From Thermodesulfobacteriota bacterium (lineage in GTDB: Bacteria; Desulfobacterota_D; UBA1144; Nemesobacterales; UBA2774): a stretch of 64,000 nucleotides of DNA. The translations under genes and the position numbers were made by a program. The stretch is taken from the NCBI GenBank assembly GCA_965216785.1, contig OZ244197.1, positions 2,508,349-2,572,348 on the forward strand. Direction: 5' to 3'. A model generated the notes under the pieces. The model was not told where the DNA came from, did no database searches, and worked only from the letters and a program-made list of their open reading frames with translations. Below are positions 1 through 9,284 of the stretch, one piece after another. Positions within the stretch are counted from its first letter, which is position 1, and each line of letters begins with the position of its first letter.

Positions 1-1143
1 ATGACGAATAACACAGCCACAACCGCACCGTCAGTCCAAGCCGTATCTGAGGATAATAACACACTCAGGGTAAAAATTAACGGCCGCCTGGACGCCTATA
101 CGACCTCAGGGGCATGGGCACAGTCCGTAAAGGCCCTTTCGGATGCCAAGCCCGCAAATCTGATATTGAACGCAAGCGGTGTGGATTACTGCGACGCCTC
201 GGGTATTTCTCTTTTTATTAAGCTCAGGCTCGAGCAGGAGAAAAGGGGCGGCGAGTTTAATCTAGAAGGTCTATCACCCGAGCTTGAAAAACTCTACAAC
301 CTCTTTGACCCAGAGCAGTTCGCGGAGCACGAAGAGGGGAAAGCGCCTAAGGACGATCCCATAGTCGCGGTGGGTAAAGAGTCTTTTAACTTTTGGGAAG
401 AGCTCAAAGTTCATATTGAGTTTACCGGCAAGGTGACTGTTGGACTCATAAAAGCGGCCACTCATCCGTGGAAGATCAGGTGGCAGGAAGTGCTGATGAC
501 CTCTGAGAAGTTCGGCGCGAACTCCCTTTTCATCATCGCGCTCGTGAATTTCCTGGTGGGACTTGTGATAGCGTTTCAATCCGCCATACCCATGCAGACC
601 TACGGGGCGGAGATTTTCGTCGCCGACCTCGTGGTCATAGCGTATTTCAAAGAGCTTGGCCCCCTGATGACCGCGTTTGTAGTAAACGGACGTTCGGGCT
701 CGGCGTTTGCCGCGGAGCTTGGCACGATGAAAGTAAACGAAGAGCTCGACGCGCTTGATACGATGGGGCTCGACCCCGTGCCATTTTTGGTGATCCCGAA
801 AGTAATCGCGGCGATCTTCATGCTCCCGCTTCTTACTGTGTTCGGGAACCTGTTCGGACTTTTAGGAGCGCTTGTGGTGATGTTCTCGCTTGGGTTTACG
901 TTTCAGACATTTTTAAATCAGATTACAACCGCTGCCACTTACGGGCTTTTGTTATCCGGCCTGTTTAAAACCCTGTTCTTCGCCCTGATTATTGCCGGCG
1001 TAGGCTGCCTTGCGGGTATGAGAGCCACAAAAGGGCCTTCGGCCGTGGGTGACGCGGCTACAAAGGCAGTGGTGATCGGGATAGTACTGATGATATTGGT
1101 AGACGGAATTTTCGGAGTTATATATTACATACTGGGTATATAA
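1..1143 (+). CDS. mlaE: MlaE-family ABC permease with N-terminal STAS domain
   Basis: N-terminal STAS-like segment (VDYCDASG); C-terminal MlaE motifs GRSGSAFAAELGTMKVNEELDALDTMGLDP and VGDAATKAVV; first gene of a four-gene operon; starts at the window edge. Confidence 0.9.
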   Translation: MTNNTATTAPSVQAVSEDNNTLRVKINGRLDAYTTSGAWAQSVKALSDAKPANLILNASGVDYCDASGISLFIKLRLEQEKRGGEFNLEGLSPELEKLYNLFDPEQFAEHEEGKAPKDDPIVAVGKESFNFWEELKVHIEFTGKVTVGLIKAATHPWKIRWQEVLMTSEKFGANSLFIIALVNFLVGLVIAFQSAIPMQTYGAEIFVADLVVIAYFKELGPLMTAFVVNGRSGSAFAAELGTMKVNEELDALDTMGLDPVPFLVIPKVIAAIFMLPLLTVFGNLFGLLGALVVMFSLGFTFQTFLNQITTAATYGLLLSGLFKTLFFALIIAGVGCLAGMRATKGPSAVGDAATKAVVIGIVLMILVDGIFGVIYYILGI

Positions 1144-1144
1144 T

Positions 1145-1936
1145 ATGAGTGAGAGCGTAGAAAATAATAACAGACGCGATAAGATCATTAATGTCGAGGG
1201 CTTCACCGCCGCTTACGGCGAGACGGTCGTTATAGACAATATAACGTTTGATGTCTACAAGGGAGAAAAGTTTATTATTTTAGGCGGCTCAGGGTGCGGC
1301 AAGAGCACGCTCCTAAAACATATGATCGGCCTATACAGACCGGCGAAAGGAAAGATTTTGATTGAGGGACAAAACATCGGAGCGGCATACGGGCAAGGCA
1401 GGATTGAAATTTTAAAGAGCATAGGCGTTGCCTACCAGTCAGGAGCCCTGTTCGGCTCTATGACTGTGATAGAGAACGTGATGCTCCCGCTCGAGGAATA
1501 TACGGACCTCAGCAAAGAGACAAGGGAGCTTGTGGCAAGTATGAAGCTCAACCTGGTGGGACTTACGGGCTCTGAGGACAAGATGCCGGCTGAGCTTAGC
1601 GGAGGAATGATAAAGCGGGCCGCTCTGGCAAGGGCCATGGCACTTGACCCGGATATTTTATTTTTGGATGAGCCTTCTGCGGGACTTGATCCGATCACAT
1701 CCGCAGAGCTCGATCAGCTCATTAACCAGCTCTCTAAGAGCCTTGGAGTAACATTTGTAATTGTCACGCATGAGCTGAACAGTATTTACAATATCGCCGA
1801 CAGGGTTATTATGCTAGATAAGAGCACTAAGGGTATAATAGCAGACGGGAGGCCGGAGTACTTAAGAGACAACTCCACTATTCCGGTAGTGCAGAAGTTC
1901 TTCCTGCGGAAAACAGACGAGCAGCTTGAATCTTAA
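1145..1936 (+). CDS. mlaF: MlaF-family ABC ATP-binding protein
   Basis: Walker A GGSGCGKST, signature LSGGM, Walker B LFLDEPSAGLDP, H-loop VTHEL. Confidence 0.92.
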   Translation: MSESVENNNRRDKIINVEGFTAAYGETVVIDNITFDVYKGEKFIILGGSGCGKSTLLKHMIGLYRPAKGKILIEGQNIGAAYGQGRIEILKSIGVAYQSGALFGSMTVIENVMLPLEEYTDLSKETRELVASMKLNLVGLTGSEDKMPAELSGGMIKRAALARAMALDPDILFLDEPSAGLDPITSAELDQLINQLSKSLGVTFVIVTHELNSIYNIADRVIMLDKSTKGIIADGRPEYLRDNSTIPVVQKFFLRKTDEQLES

Positions 1937-1951
1937 AAGGTAGAAACTATC

Positions 1952-2917
1952 ATGAGCGAAAAACCAAATTATTTTAAGATCGGCCTATTTGTCATACTCG
2001 GCACACTCGTGCTCGCGGCTGCAATAATAATATTCGGCGGCGGTAAGTTTTTCGAGAAAAAATATGTTCTGGAGACCTATTTCGACCAGTCGGTCGAGGG
2101 CCTTAGCGTGGGCTCACCGCTAAAGTTCCAGGGCGTAAAGATAGGCAACGTATCCGAGCTCGGTTTCGTATTTAATGATTATCAAACCGACTATCACTAT
2201 GTACTCGTTAGAGCCGAAACATATCCGGAGAGGAGAATTACCCGAAATAAAAAGCACAGGTTCTTGAGCGACGCGCAGAGAAAAAAGAACCTTGATCAGA
2301 TGATAGCTAAAGGCCTGAGACTCCAGCTCGCGTCCCAGGGAGTTACGGGCCTCGCGTTTTTGAATGCCGTATACCTTGACCCCCAGCGCTACCCGCCGCT
2401 CCCGATAGACTGGAAACCGGAATACATTTACATACCTTCGGCTCCCGGCACAATTACCCTCATCACCCAAACCATCGAGAAGCTCACCGAGACTATCCAG
2501 AGCATTAATTTCAAGGAAATCTCCGACGACATAGAGGAGCTTGTGGTAACGCTCAACAATACGGTGAAAGAGGCCAAGGTGGCACAGGTAAGCGAAGATC
2601 TCCAAAACCTCCTTAAGACCCTAAACAACACTACCGGAGAGCTCGATAAGATACTTAAGAGTAAAGACGTGAAGACCACCTTAACAAATATCTCAGAGAC
2701 CACCGGGCAGCTCAGGAAAACACTTGTTCGCGCGGACAGGCTGATCCAGAACAGAGAGCATAATGTCAAGATCACACTCGATAACATAGAGCGGATCTCA
2801 GAAGACTTAAGGGAGTTCATGACAACGGTGAAGAATTACCCGTCCTGGGTGCTGTTCGGCAACCCGCCGCCCCATTTCATCCAGGAGCTTGAAGGGGAGA
2901 AGGAGGAATCTAAATGA
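1952..2917 (+). CDS. mlaD: MlaD/MCE-domain protein
   Basis: N-terminal TM helix, MCE motif SVEGLSVGSPLKFQGVKIGNV, helical C-terminus, operon context. Confidence 0.88.
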   Translation: MSEKPNYFKIGLFVILGTLVLAAAIIIFGGGKFFEKKYVLETYFDQSVEGLSVGSPLKFQGVKIGNVSELGFVFNDYQTDYHYVLVRAETYPERRITRNKKHRFLSDAQRKKNLDQMIAKGLRLQLASQGVTGLAFLNAVYLDPQRYPPLPIDWKPEYIYIPSAPGTITLITQTIEKLTETIQSINFKEISDDIEELVVTLNNTVKEAKVAQVSEDLQNLLKTLNNTTGELDKILKSKDVKTTLTNISETTGQLRKTLVRADRLIQNREHNVKITLDNIERISEDLREFMTTVKNYPSWVLFGNPPPHFIQELEGEKEESK

Positions 2918-3555
2918 TGCGCTATATTATAATAACATTCATATTACTCTTTAGTGCCGGGTGCGCCAACGTGGATAAACCCTATCCGGAAAGATCATAT
3001 TACCAATTTGAAGTAAGCCACAGCGCAAAACATGCGGCTCCTGTAAAGGGAACCATACTCGGCATAAAAAGGCTCAGCGTTTCCCCCGGGAGTCAGGGGC
3101 TCGAATTCATTTACAGAACAGGAGAGTTCAAGTTCCAGTCAGATTTCTATAACCAATTCTTCAGACCACCGGGAGCTCTGATCACTGAGGAAGTGACCAG
3201 GTGGTTTGCCAATTCCGGGGTATTCGAGGACGTCTTGGGACAGCTCAGCCAAGCCTTTCCAAATTATGTGATCGAGGGCAACATCGTAAACCTATACGGC
3301 GATTTCAGAAACAGCGCCGCCCCAGCGGCAGTACTGGAGATACAGTTTTTCCTGCTCAGGCTCACAGACGATGCGGACACGCCTATAGTGGTTACTAGCG
3401 ACACCTACAGCGTCAGCAAGCCCATATCTTCAAAAGACCCCAAAGCGCTCATGTTGGGCTGGAACCTTGCGCTCGAGGAAATACTCAGCGACTTCCAGGG
3501 CGACGTCATAAACAGCATGCGGGGACAGACCGTAAATTACTCGCAATCTAATTAA
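2914..3555 (+). CDS. ABC-type transport auxiliary lipoprotein (PqiC-like)
   Basis: Lipobox FSAGC; overlaps mlaD stop; typical fourth gene of such operons. Confidence 0.75.
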   Translation: MMRYIIITFILLFSAGCANVDKPYPERSYYQFEVSHSAKHAAPVKGTILGIKRLSVSPGSQGLEFIYRTGEFKFQSDFYNQFFRPPGALITEEVTRWFANSGVFEDVLGQLSQAFPNYVIEGNIVNLYGDFRNSAAPAAVLEIQFFLLRLTDDADTPIVVTSDTYSVSKPISSKDPKALMLGWNLALEEILSDFQGDVINSMRGQTVNYSQSN

Positions 3556-3621
3556 AGCTCTTTCAGGAACCTGTAAACCGCATTATAATACAAACACGAA
3601 ATAAAGATTAAGAGAGGCAAG

Positions 3622-5061
3622 ATGAGGTTTGTATTTATAATCATACTGGTTGTCTTGGGCATCCTCCTGGCGCTGCCTTACTGGTTTGGCATAAACACTG
3701 AAAAAGAATACGGGAACTTGATTAACGACTTCTCGAAAGCGGAGAATATAAACGTAGCCGAAAGGAGCTACGAACGCGGCTGGCTCAGCTCTAAGGCCAG
3801 TACTACATATGTATTTACCGGAAGCGAGGGTGAAATATTTAAGATCCACGACGAGGACACTATTTATCACGGCCCCATACCGCTCGAACCGCTATTTAAA
3901 GGGCAGGTCTCGCCACTTCCCGTACTTGCTGTAATAAATTCAAAAGCAGCGTTAATCCCGGCACCCGACTCTGAGTATGAGGACTTAATTCGCGGACTCC
4001 CGCCCATTATGCACAAAACCGTACTCTCGATGAACGGCGGCGGCGCTACTACCATAAACATGCCGGGAGTTGAGTCTAAACTAGATGAAGACGATGAATA
4101 CTTCACCTGGAGCGGGCTTACAGGGTTAATCAAATTTGAGCCCGGGTTTAAGAATATGGTTACTTTCGTTGAATCAAGCGGGCTCGCTATTAAATCTGAC
4201 GACCTTGAGCTTACCGTAAACGGTGTGGCCGGAGAATCCGATATTACCTATGAAGGTGAGGATTATTCCCTCCCTCTGGGCGGCGCGTTATTCAACGTTG
4301 ATTCTATTTATATCCGCAGTAAAGACAAAGAGACCGGAGAGCTCGAAGACATGTCCGTAAAGAACATAAGCTTCGAGGGCTCGACCGAAGACCTGGACGG
4401 CACCCTTACAAGCGTTCACAGCCTGAGTTTTGACGAGGTAACGTTAGGGGAGCTCACTTACGGCCCCGGCGGTTATAAATTCTCTCTAAGGAATATCGAC
4501 AAGTCTGCATGGAAGAATATTCAGAGAATCCTTCAGGAAGCTAGCAAGCAGCCTGAACAGGAGAGCGATGAAGAATCAAACGAATATCTTGCGGAAATGA
4601 TGGGAGTTCTCCCGGATCTTGTAAGAAAGTCACCTGAGCTCTCGATATCCGATCTCTTTATCGAAACCGGTGAGGGGGAGCTTAGGGGAAGCCTATTTTT
4701 AGCGATCGACGGCACAGGGCTTACAGACCCGGAAATAGCTACGAACCCACTTTTTCTACTTGCTGCAATCACGGCTAATGCAGAGCTTTCGGTTACTAAG
4801 ACCCTCTTAGAAGACGCCCTGCACGGATTTAATACTGAGGAAATTCAGGACGAGATCAACAGCGGCGACCTTGGGCCAATGACAAAAGAAGAGATTGAAA
4901 AGCTTGCCAAAGAGAGAACAACAAAAGATATAGATGAGCTAACCTCGCAGAATGTACTCGTTTTGAAAGAAGACCGCTACGTACTCGTAGCAGAGTACAC
5001 ACCGGGCCAGATATTACTTAACGGCAAACCTCTTGGTCTCGACACGCTTTTGGGACTTTAA
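3622..5061 (+). CDS. YdgA/DUF945-family protein
   Basis: N-terminal anchor followed by PYWFG, YERGWLSS, IYHGPIP and C-terminal LLNGKPL, typical of YdgA. Confidence 0.75.
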   Translation: MRFVFIIILVVLGILLALPYWFGINTEKEYGNLINDFSKAENINVAERSYERGWLSSKASTTYVFTGSEGEIFKIHDEDTIYHGPIPLEPLFKGQVSPLPVLAVINSKAALIPAPDSEYEDLIRGLPPIMHKTVLSMNGGGATTINMPGVESKLDEDDEYFTWSGLTGLIKFEPGFKNMVTFVESSGLAIKSDDLELTVNGVAGESDITYEGEDYSLPLGGALFNVDSIYIRSKDKETGELEDMSVKNISFEGSTEDLDGTLTSVHSLSFDEVTLGELTYGPGGYKFSLRNIDKSAWKNIQRILQEASKQPEQESDEESNEYLAEMMGVLPDLVRKSPELSISDLFIETGEGELRGSLFLAIDGTGLTDPEIATNPLFLLAAITANAELSVTKTLLEDALHGFNTEEIQDEINSGDLGPMTKEEIEKLAKERTTKDIDELTSQNVLVLKEDRYVLVAEYTPGQILLNGKPLGLDTLLGL

Positions 5062-5069
5062 GACTTAGA

Positions 5070-5939
5070 CTAATCCGGTACCGTAAACTTCTCCTCCTGC
5101 TCTCTGTATCCGGACGTATCGACGACGTCCTCAAATTCTGAAAAATCGAGCATACCGCCGTAACCCCGGGTAGTACCGTTTTTACTTAAGTAGGATAGCG
5201 AAGCTTTCATAGCATATGCGGCGGAAAAAAGCCCGGTAAGAGGGTATACGACAATTTTATATCCAAGCTCCTCAAGCTCCTCTGTACTCAATATCGGCGT
5301 CCTGCCACCCTCGACCATGTTAGCGAAGAGCGGAACCTCTGCAAAGGCCTTACCGATCTCCTTTAGCTCCTCGGGCGATTTAGGCGCCTCGACGAATACG
5401 ACATCGGCCCCGGCCTCATAATACGCCCAGCCTCTTTTTATCGCGTCGTCAAGCCCATTAACAGCGTTTGAGTCCGTGCGCCCTATAATGACAAGACCGC
5501 TTTCCCCGGCTGCACCCCTAGCGGCGAGGATCTTCTCGACATGCTCTTCGAGCGGTATCACCTGCTTTCCCTCAAAATGTCCACACTTTTTAGGCCAGAC
5601 CTGATCTTCCAGTATAATCCCGGCGGCCCCGGCTTGTACGGCATCTTCCACAGTCCTAATCACATTCAGCGGGTTTCCGTATCCCGTATCTATGTCGGCC
5701 ACTACAGGGGCCTTAACGGACTTTACGATGCGGCCAATAGACTCCAGCATCTCTGTTGCTGTTACGAAACCGAAGTCGGGCTTTCCGAGCAGCGTTGCGG
5801 AAATACCGAAACCACTTGTAAACAAAACCTCAAACCCGCATTTCTCGGCAATTTTAGCGCTAACGCAGTCATAGACCCCTGGGAGCACTAATATCCCGGA
5901 GCTCTTTAGAATGTCTCTCAGCCTATGTCCGTTATTCAT
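5070..5939 (-). CDS. Isocitrate lyase/PEP mutase family lyase (methylisocitrate/dimethylmalate lyase-like)
   Basis: Motifs PGVYD, DIDTGYG, EDQVWPKKCGH, EAGADVVFVEAP. Confidence 0.85.
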   Translation of the reverse strand: MNNGHRLRDILKSSGILVLPGVYDCVSAKIAEKCGFEVLFTSGFGISATLLGKPDFGFVTATEMLESIGRIVKSVKAPVVADIDTGYGNPLNVIRTVEDAVQAGAAGIILEDQVWPKKCGHFEGKQVIPLEEHVEKILAARGAAGESGLVIIGRTDSNAVNGLDDAIKRGWAYYEAGADVVFVEAPKSPEELKEIGKAFAEVPLFANMVEGGRTPILSTEELEELGYKIVVYPLTGLFSAAYAMKASLSYLSKNGTTRGYGGMLDFSEFEDVVDTSGYREQEEKFTVPD

Positions 5940-5957
5940 TGTTATTTCTCCTTTGTT

Positions 5958-7175
5958 TCATAAAAGCAAAGCCCCGGCAACACTTGCCAGAACGCACCAA
6001 ATTACAACTATAATCGGGGAAACCCGCTGTGTCATCAAGAGCGCAAAACCAACGGCCGCAATTAATATATCCACCCAGCTCCTGACTGCGCTTGTCCATA
6101 CAGGGTCGTAGAGCGCGGCACCAAGGAGTCCTACCACAGCGGCGTTTAAACCCGCTACTGCTCTTAGCGCGGAGGGACGGCTGACAATTGCCTGCCACAT
6201 AGGAAGCACACCTGCCAGCAAAAGGAAGCCCGGAAGAAATATTGATATAAGCGCTACGCCGGCGCCCACTATACCCCCCTGAGCGCCCGGCAGGCTCGCG
6301 CCTAAATACGAGGCGAGCGTAAACATAGGTCCCGGCACCGCCTGCGCCGCGCCGTATCCGGCCAAAAACTCGCTCTGCGATATCCACCCCGGCGATACAA
6401 CCGTATCTTCGAGCAGGGGCAATACCACATGTCCTCCGCCGAATACCAATGCTCCCGCGCGGTAAAACGCGTTCACTACGGGTACCAGCCCTTCTTTACC
6501 ACCTGAGAGAAATGGTAGTCCGAACAGGAGTAAAAAGAATATTACTATTAAGACTGTACCGAGCGCAGGGCTGTATCTTACACTAAGGCCGTCACCTTCA
6601 ACCGCTTGAGCGCTCTTAACGAAAACCAGGCCGAGCGCTGCCCCGATCAAGACCACTAGCAGCTGTATCCACGCCTGGCCCGTGAGCAGGATGACTATTA
6701 CGGCGAATACTGCAATGCCCGCGCGGGGTACATCCGGACACAGCCGCCTGGCCATGCGCAGCACGCCGTCCGCTACAACAGCAAGGGCAACGAGCTTAAG
6801 ACCGTGGATAGCGGCATCTCCGATTGTCCCCGAGATATTTGGAAATATAAGCGCGAAAGCAAATAATATTAAAGCCGAGGGCAGGGTAAACGCCACAAAC
6901 GCGGCAAGCGCGCCTGCCCAACCCGCTCGAAGTAATCCGAGGCTGAAACCCAACTGGCTGCTCGCGGGCCCGGGAAGGAACTGGCATAGCCCCAGGAGCT
7001 GGGCGTAGTCGCTTTCTTTAACCCATCTGCGCCGCTCCACTATCTCACGGTGGAAGTAGCCCAGGTGCGCTATCGGTCCGCCAAATGAAGTAAGCCCGAG
7101 CTTTAGAAAAGTGCTGAGCACCTCTCCCGCGCTTCCTTTGGTCCGGACACTCTCGTTTGAAATATCGCTGCTCAT
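5958..7175 (-). CDS. chrA: Chromate efflux transporter (long-chain CHR family)
   Basis: FLKLGLTSFGGPIAHLGYF, CQFLPGPASSQ, second repeat VFGGGHVVLPLL and QAVPGPMF. Confidence 0.9.
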   Translation of the reverse strand: MSSDISNESVRTKGSAGEVLSTFLKLGLTSFGGPIAHLGYFHREIVERRRWVKESDYAQLLGLCQFLPGPASSQLGFSLGLLRAGWAGALAAFVAFTLPSALILFAFALIFPNISGTIGDAAIHGLKLVALAVVADGVLRMARRLCPDVPRAGIAVFAVIVILLTGQAWIQLLVVLIGAALGLVFVKSAQAVEGDGLSVRYSPALGTVLIVIFFLLLFGLPFLSGGKEGLVPVVNAFYRAGALVFGGGHVVLPLLEDTVVSPGWISQSEFLAGYGAAQAVPGPMFTLASYLGASLPGAQGGIVGAGVALISIFLPGFLLLAGVLPMWQAIVSRPSALRAVAGLNAAVVGLLGAALYDPVWTSAVRSWVDILIAAVGFALLMTQRVSPIIVVIWCVLASVAGALLL

Positions 7176-7265
7176 ATCTGTATCTGAAACGGATTGGAAT
7201 CAATCAGAATACTAATTGGATATATGGGTTCGTTCAAGCGGCTTAATACCGTTTTAACATAAGAA

Positions 7266-7294
7266 TTGCACTCGTTACACGATTATGCTAATGT
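7266..7294 (+). promoter_or_regulatory. Putative sigma70 promoter (TTGCAC-17 nt-TAATGT, extended -10 TG) with a TCGT-TAC-ACGA dyad in the spacer
   Basis: Direct motif match; predicted +1 near 7301. Confidence 0.5.
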
Positions 7295-7300
7295 GAGAAT

Positions 7301-7453
7301 GGGGACAGAGGCGATCCTTCGACGAGCTCAGGATGAGCGGGATGAAATGACGAAATAGGGACGGACCGGAGGGCGAAGCCCGATCGGGGGGAGTAAAATT
7401 AAGAACGGGGACAGAGGCGAGTGCTTCACAGCGATGCCAGGGAGGCTAAAATT
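7301..7453 (+). repeat. Modular GGACAGAGGC repeat array, locus 1 (three units)
   Basis: 7303-7416 matches the reverse complement of 15029-15141 with 3 differences; units begin GGGAC(A/G)GA and end (T/G)AAAT. Confidence 0.85.
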
Positions 7454-7936
7454 AATAAGCCGCGGAAAAAGCAAGACAAGGATGAGGTGCGTAAAAGGGT
7501 CGAGAACGGGCTTAAGAGTAAAGACGTCATCCAGCTCATTTTAGCGCTCGAAGGGGTTAAGATCGACTACGACCACCTGTACTACTACGAGCATACGGGC
7601 CTAGTCGTGCCGTCCCTGAGGAAAGCGCAGGGCAGAGGATACCCAAAACTTTACTCCACAGAAGACTTTATCATACTACGCTGGCTCGTCTCGCTTCAAA
7701 AGAGCGGCGTACCTGTAAGCAGGTTCAGAAGCATACTCGGGTATTTGAAAAAGAAGATGCCCGAAGTGCTGAAGAAACCTCACAATTGGACGCTCGTAAC
7801 AGACGGCAAGTCTGTTCAGTTCAAAGATAACCAGTCGTCACGCAAAGTGGAGGTCATCGAGGACACGGGGCAGTACCTCTTTGCTTTGGACGAAGTAACT
7901 AATGAGACCCGCAAGACACCCAAGAAACGCGGTTAA
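7421..7936 (+). CDS. MerR-like HTH transcriptional regulator
   Basis: YYYEHTGLVVPS...GRGYPKLYSTEDFIILRWLVSLQKSGVPV fits the MerR HTH pattern; the ORF start lies inside the repeat, so the true start is probably downstream. Confidence 0.7.
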   Translation: MLHSDAREAKINKPRKKQDKDEVRKRVENGLKSKDVIQLILALEGVKIDYDHLYYYEHTGLVVPSLRKAQGRGYPKLYSTEDFIILRWLVSLQKSGVPVSRFRSILGYLKKKMPEVLKKPHNWTLVTDGKSVQFKDNQSSRKVEVIEDTGQYLFALDEVTNETRKTPKKRG

Positions 7937-7941
7937 TAAAA

Positions 7942-9186
7942 CTACATAGACTTATTCCCCTCAGCCACAATATCGGGAATGGATGTGAAGGATATCCTCA
8001 TCGGGGCAGATTCCGCAGCTCCGTGCATCGGGGCGTAATAGATGCTGTTCGTACCGTAGCGCTCATTGATGCTGTCAACGGCGATAGCGACTTTGTCCCG
8101 CTTGATCTCTCTTGAAAAGAGCGGGTAGGGGGTCCCCTCGGAGGGAGTGAGGTCATAGAGGGTCATCGATACGCTGAGCGGGGTAAGACCCCGGGGCCTT
8201 TCGGGCCAGACGGAGGAGAAAGCCTCCAGCATTGACTGCGTATCGTTTCTCTTTGTCATTTTTACGGTCTTTTTCCAGCGGAGATCACGGTCAAAGTATC
8301 TAACCTTAACGTCCATGCGGGAGGCGACGTACCCAAGCCTCCTCAGCCTGAACGCGGCCTTGTGTATGAGTCTTACGATCACGGCTCTGGTCTTTTCCTC
8401 TGTCCTCATCTCGGGCGGGAGCACGTGCGAGTGGCCCACGGTCTTTCTGGACGTTTCCGGCTCTGCCAGGTCCTCGCCCCTTATCATGTGCCACCAGCGC
8501 CTGCCTACGACGCTCTGCCATATGTAGGCGAAGTCTCGCTCGGAGAGCTTGAACATCTGCTCTATCGAATGTACGCCGTGCCTCTTTAGCCGGGCGCGCA
8601 TACCCTCACCTATGCCCGGGAGGTCTTGTAAATCAAGCTGATAGAGCTTTTCCGGTAGCTCGTTTTTTGTTATTACGGTAAGGCCGTCGGGCTTTTTCAT
8701 CTCGGCGGCTACTTTGGCCAAAAAGCGGTTGGTCGAGAGCCCGACAGAACAGCGGAGCGACTCGCCTGCTTTTTCGTTAATTGCCCTCTTTACGTCCTTT
8801 GCGAGCCGGAGCGCCTTCTCAAAACCCCTCTGGCTTCCCGTCAGCCTGCAGCACATCTCGTCAATCGACAGCACAGTGTCTACAGGGATAACAGAGTTTA
8901 CGGCCTCTATGATGCTGTGGTGATACTCTACGTAGCGTACGGGCCTTGCCTCGACGATGTTGATCGCGGGGCATAGCTCCTTTGCCAGGCCAACTTTGGT
9001 GCCTGTTTTCACACCGTAGCGCTTGGCCTCGTAGCTTGCAGCTATGCAGCAGGTGGTGTCAGCGTCCACGGGGACAACGGCTGTGGGCTTTCCCCGAAGC
9101 TCGGGGCGCATCTCTTGTTCTACAGAGGCGAAATACGCGTTCATGTCCAGAAACAGCCAGTCAAGAAACTGTTCGTTACGACCCAT
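7942..9186 (-). CDS. dinB: Y-family DNA polymerase (Pol IV/DinB-like)
   Basis: LFLDMNAYFASVEQ, AASYEAKRYGV, SIDE, SVGLSTNRFLAKVA; PLFS near the C-terminus resembles a clamp-binding motif. Confidence 0.88.
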   Translation of the reverse strand: MGRNEQFLDWLFLDMNAYFASVEQEMRPELRGKPTAVVPVDADTTCCIAASYEAKRYGVKTGTKVGLAKELCPAINIVEARPVRYVEYHHSIIEAVNSVIPVDTVLSIDEMCCRLTGSQRGFEKALRLAKDVKRAINEKAGESLRCSVGLSTNRFLAKVAAEMKKPDGLTVITKNELPEKLYQLDLQDLPGIGEGMRARLKRHGVHSIEQMFKLSERDFAYIWQSVVGRRWWHMIRGEDLAEPETSRKTVGHSHVLPPEMRTEEKTRAVIVRLIHKAAFRLRRLGYVASRMDVKVRYFDRDLRWKKTVKMTKRNDTQSMLEAFSSVWPERPRGLTPLSVSMTLYDLTPSEGTPYPLFSREIKRDKVAIAVDSINERYGTNSIYYAPMHGAAESAPMRISFTSIPDIVAEGNKSM

Positions 9187-9284
9187 ATTTTAGATGGTAA
9201 CACGGTTCGAAAAACCTGTCTGGGAGCTTTTTTCGTTTTTGGGAAATTGTAGGAATTAAGGGGGAGGGAGGTTTAAATGCTCTT

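Noticed and set aside
5932-6387. 151-aa ORF overlapping chrA in another frame
   Set aside because: Same-strand out-of-frame overlap with a well-conserved gene; no recognisable content.
9196-9210. SOS box upstream of dinB (GGTAACACGGTTCGA)
   Set aside because: The spacing does not fit GAAC-N4-GTTC or CTG-N10-CAG; the lineage's LexA motif is unknown.
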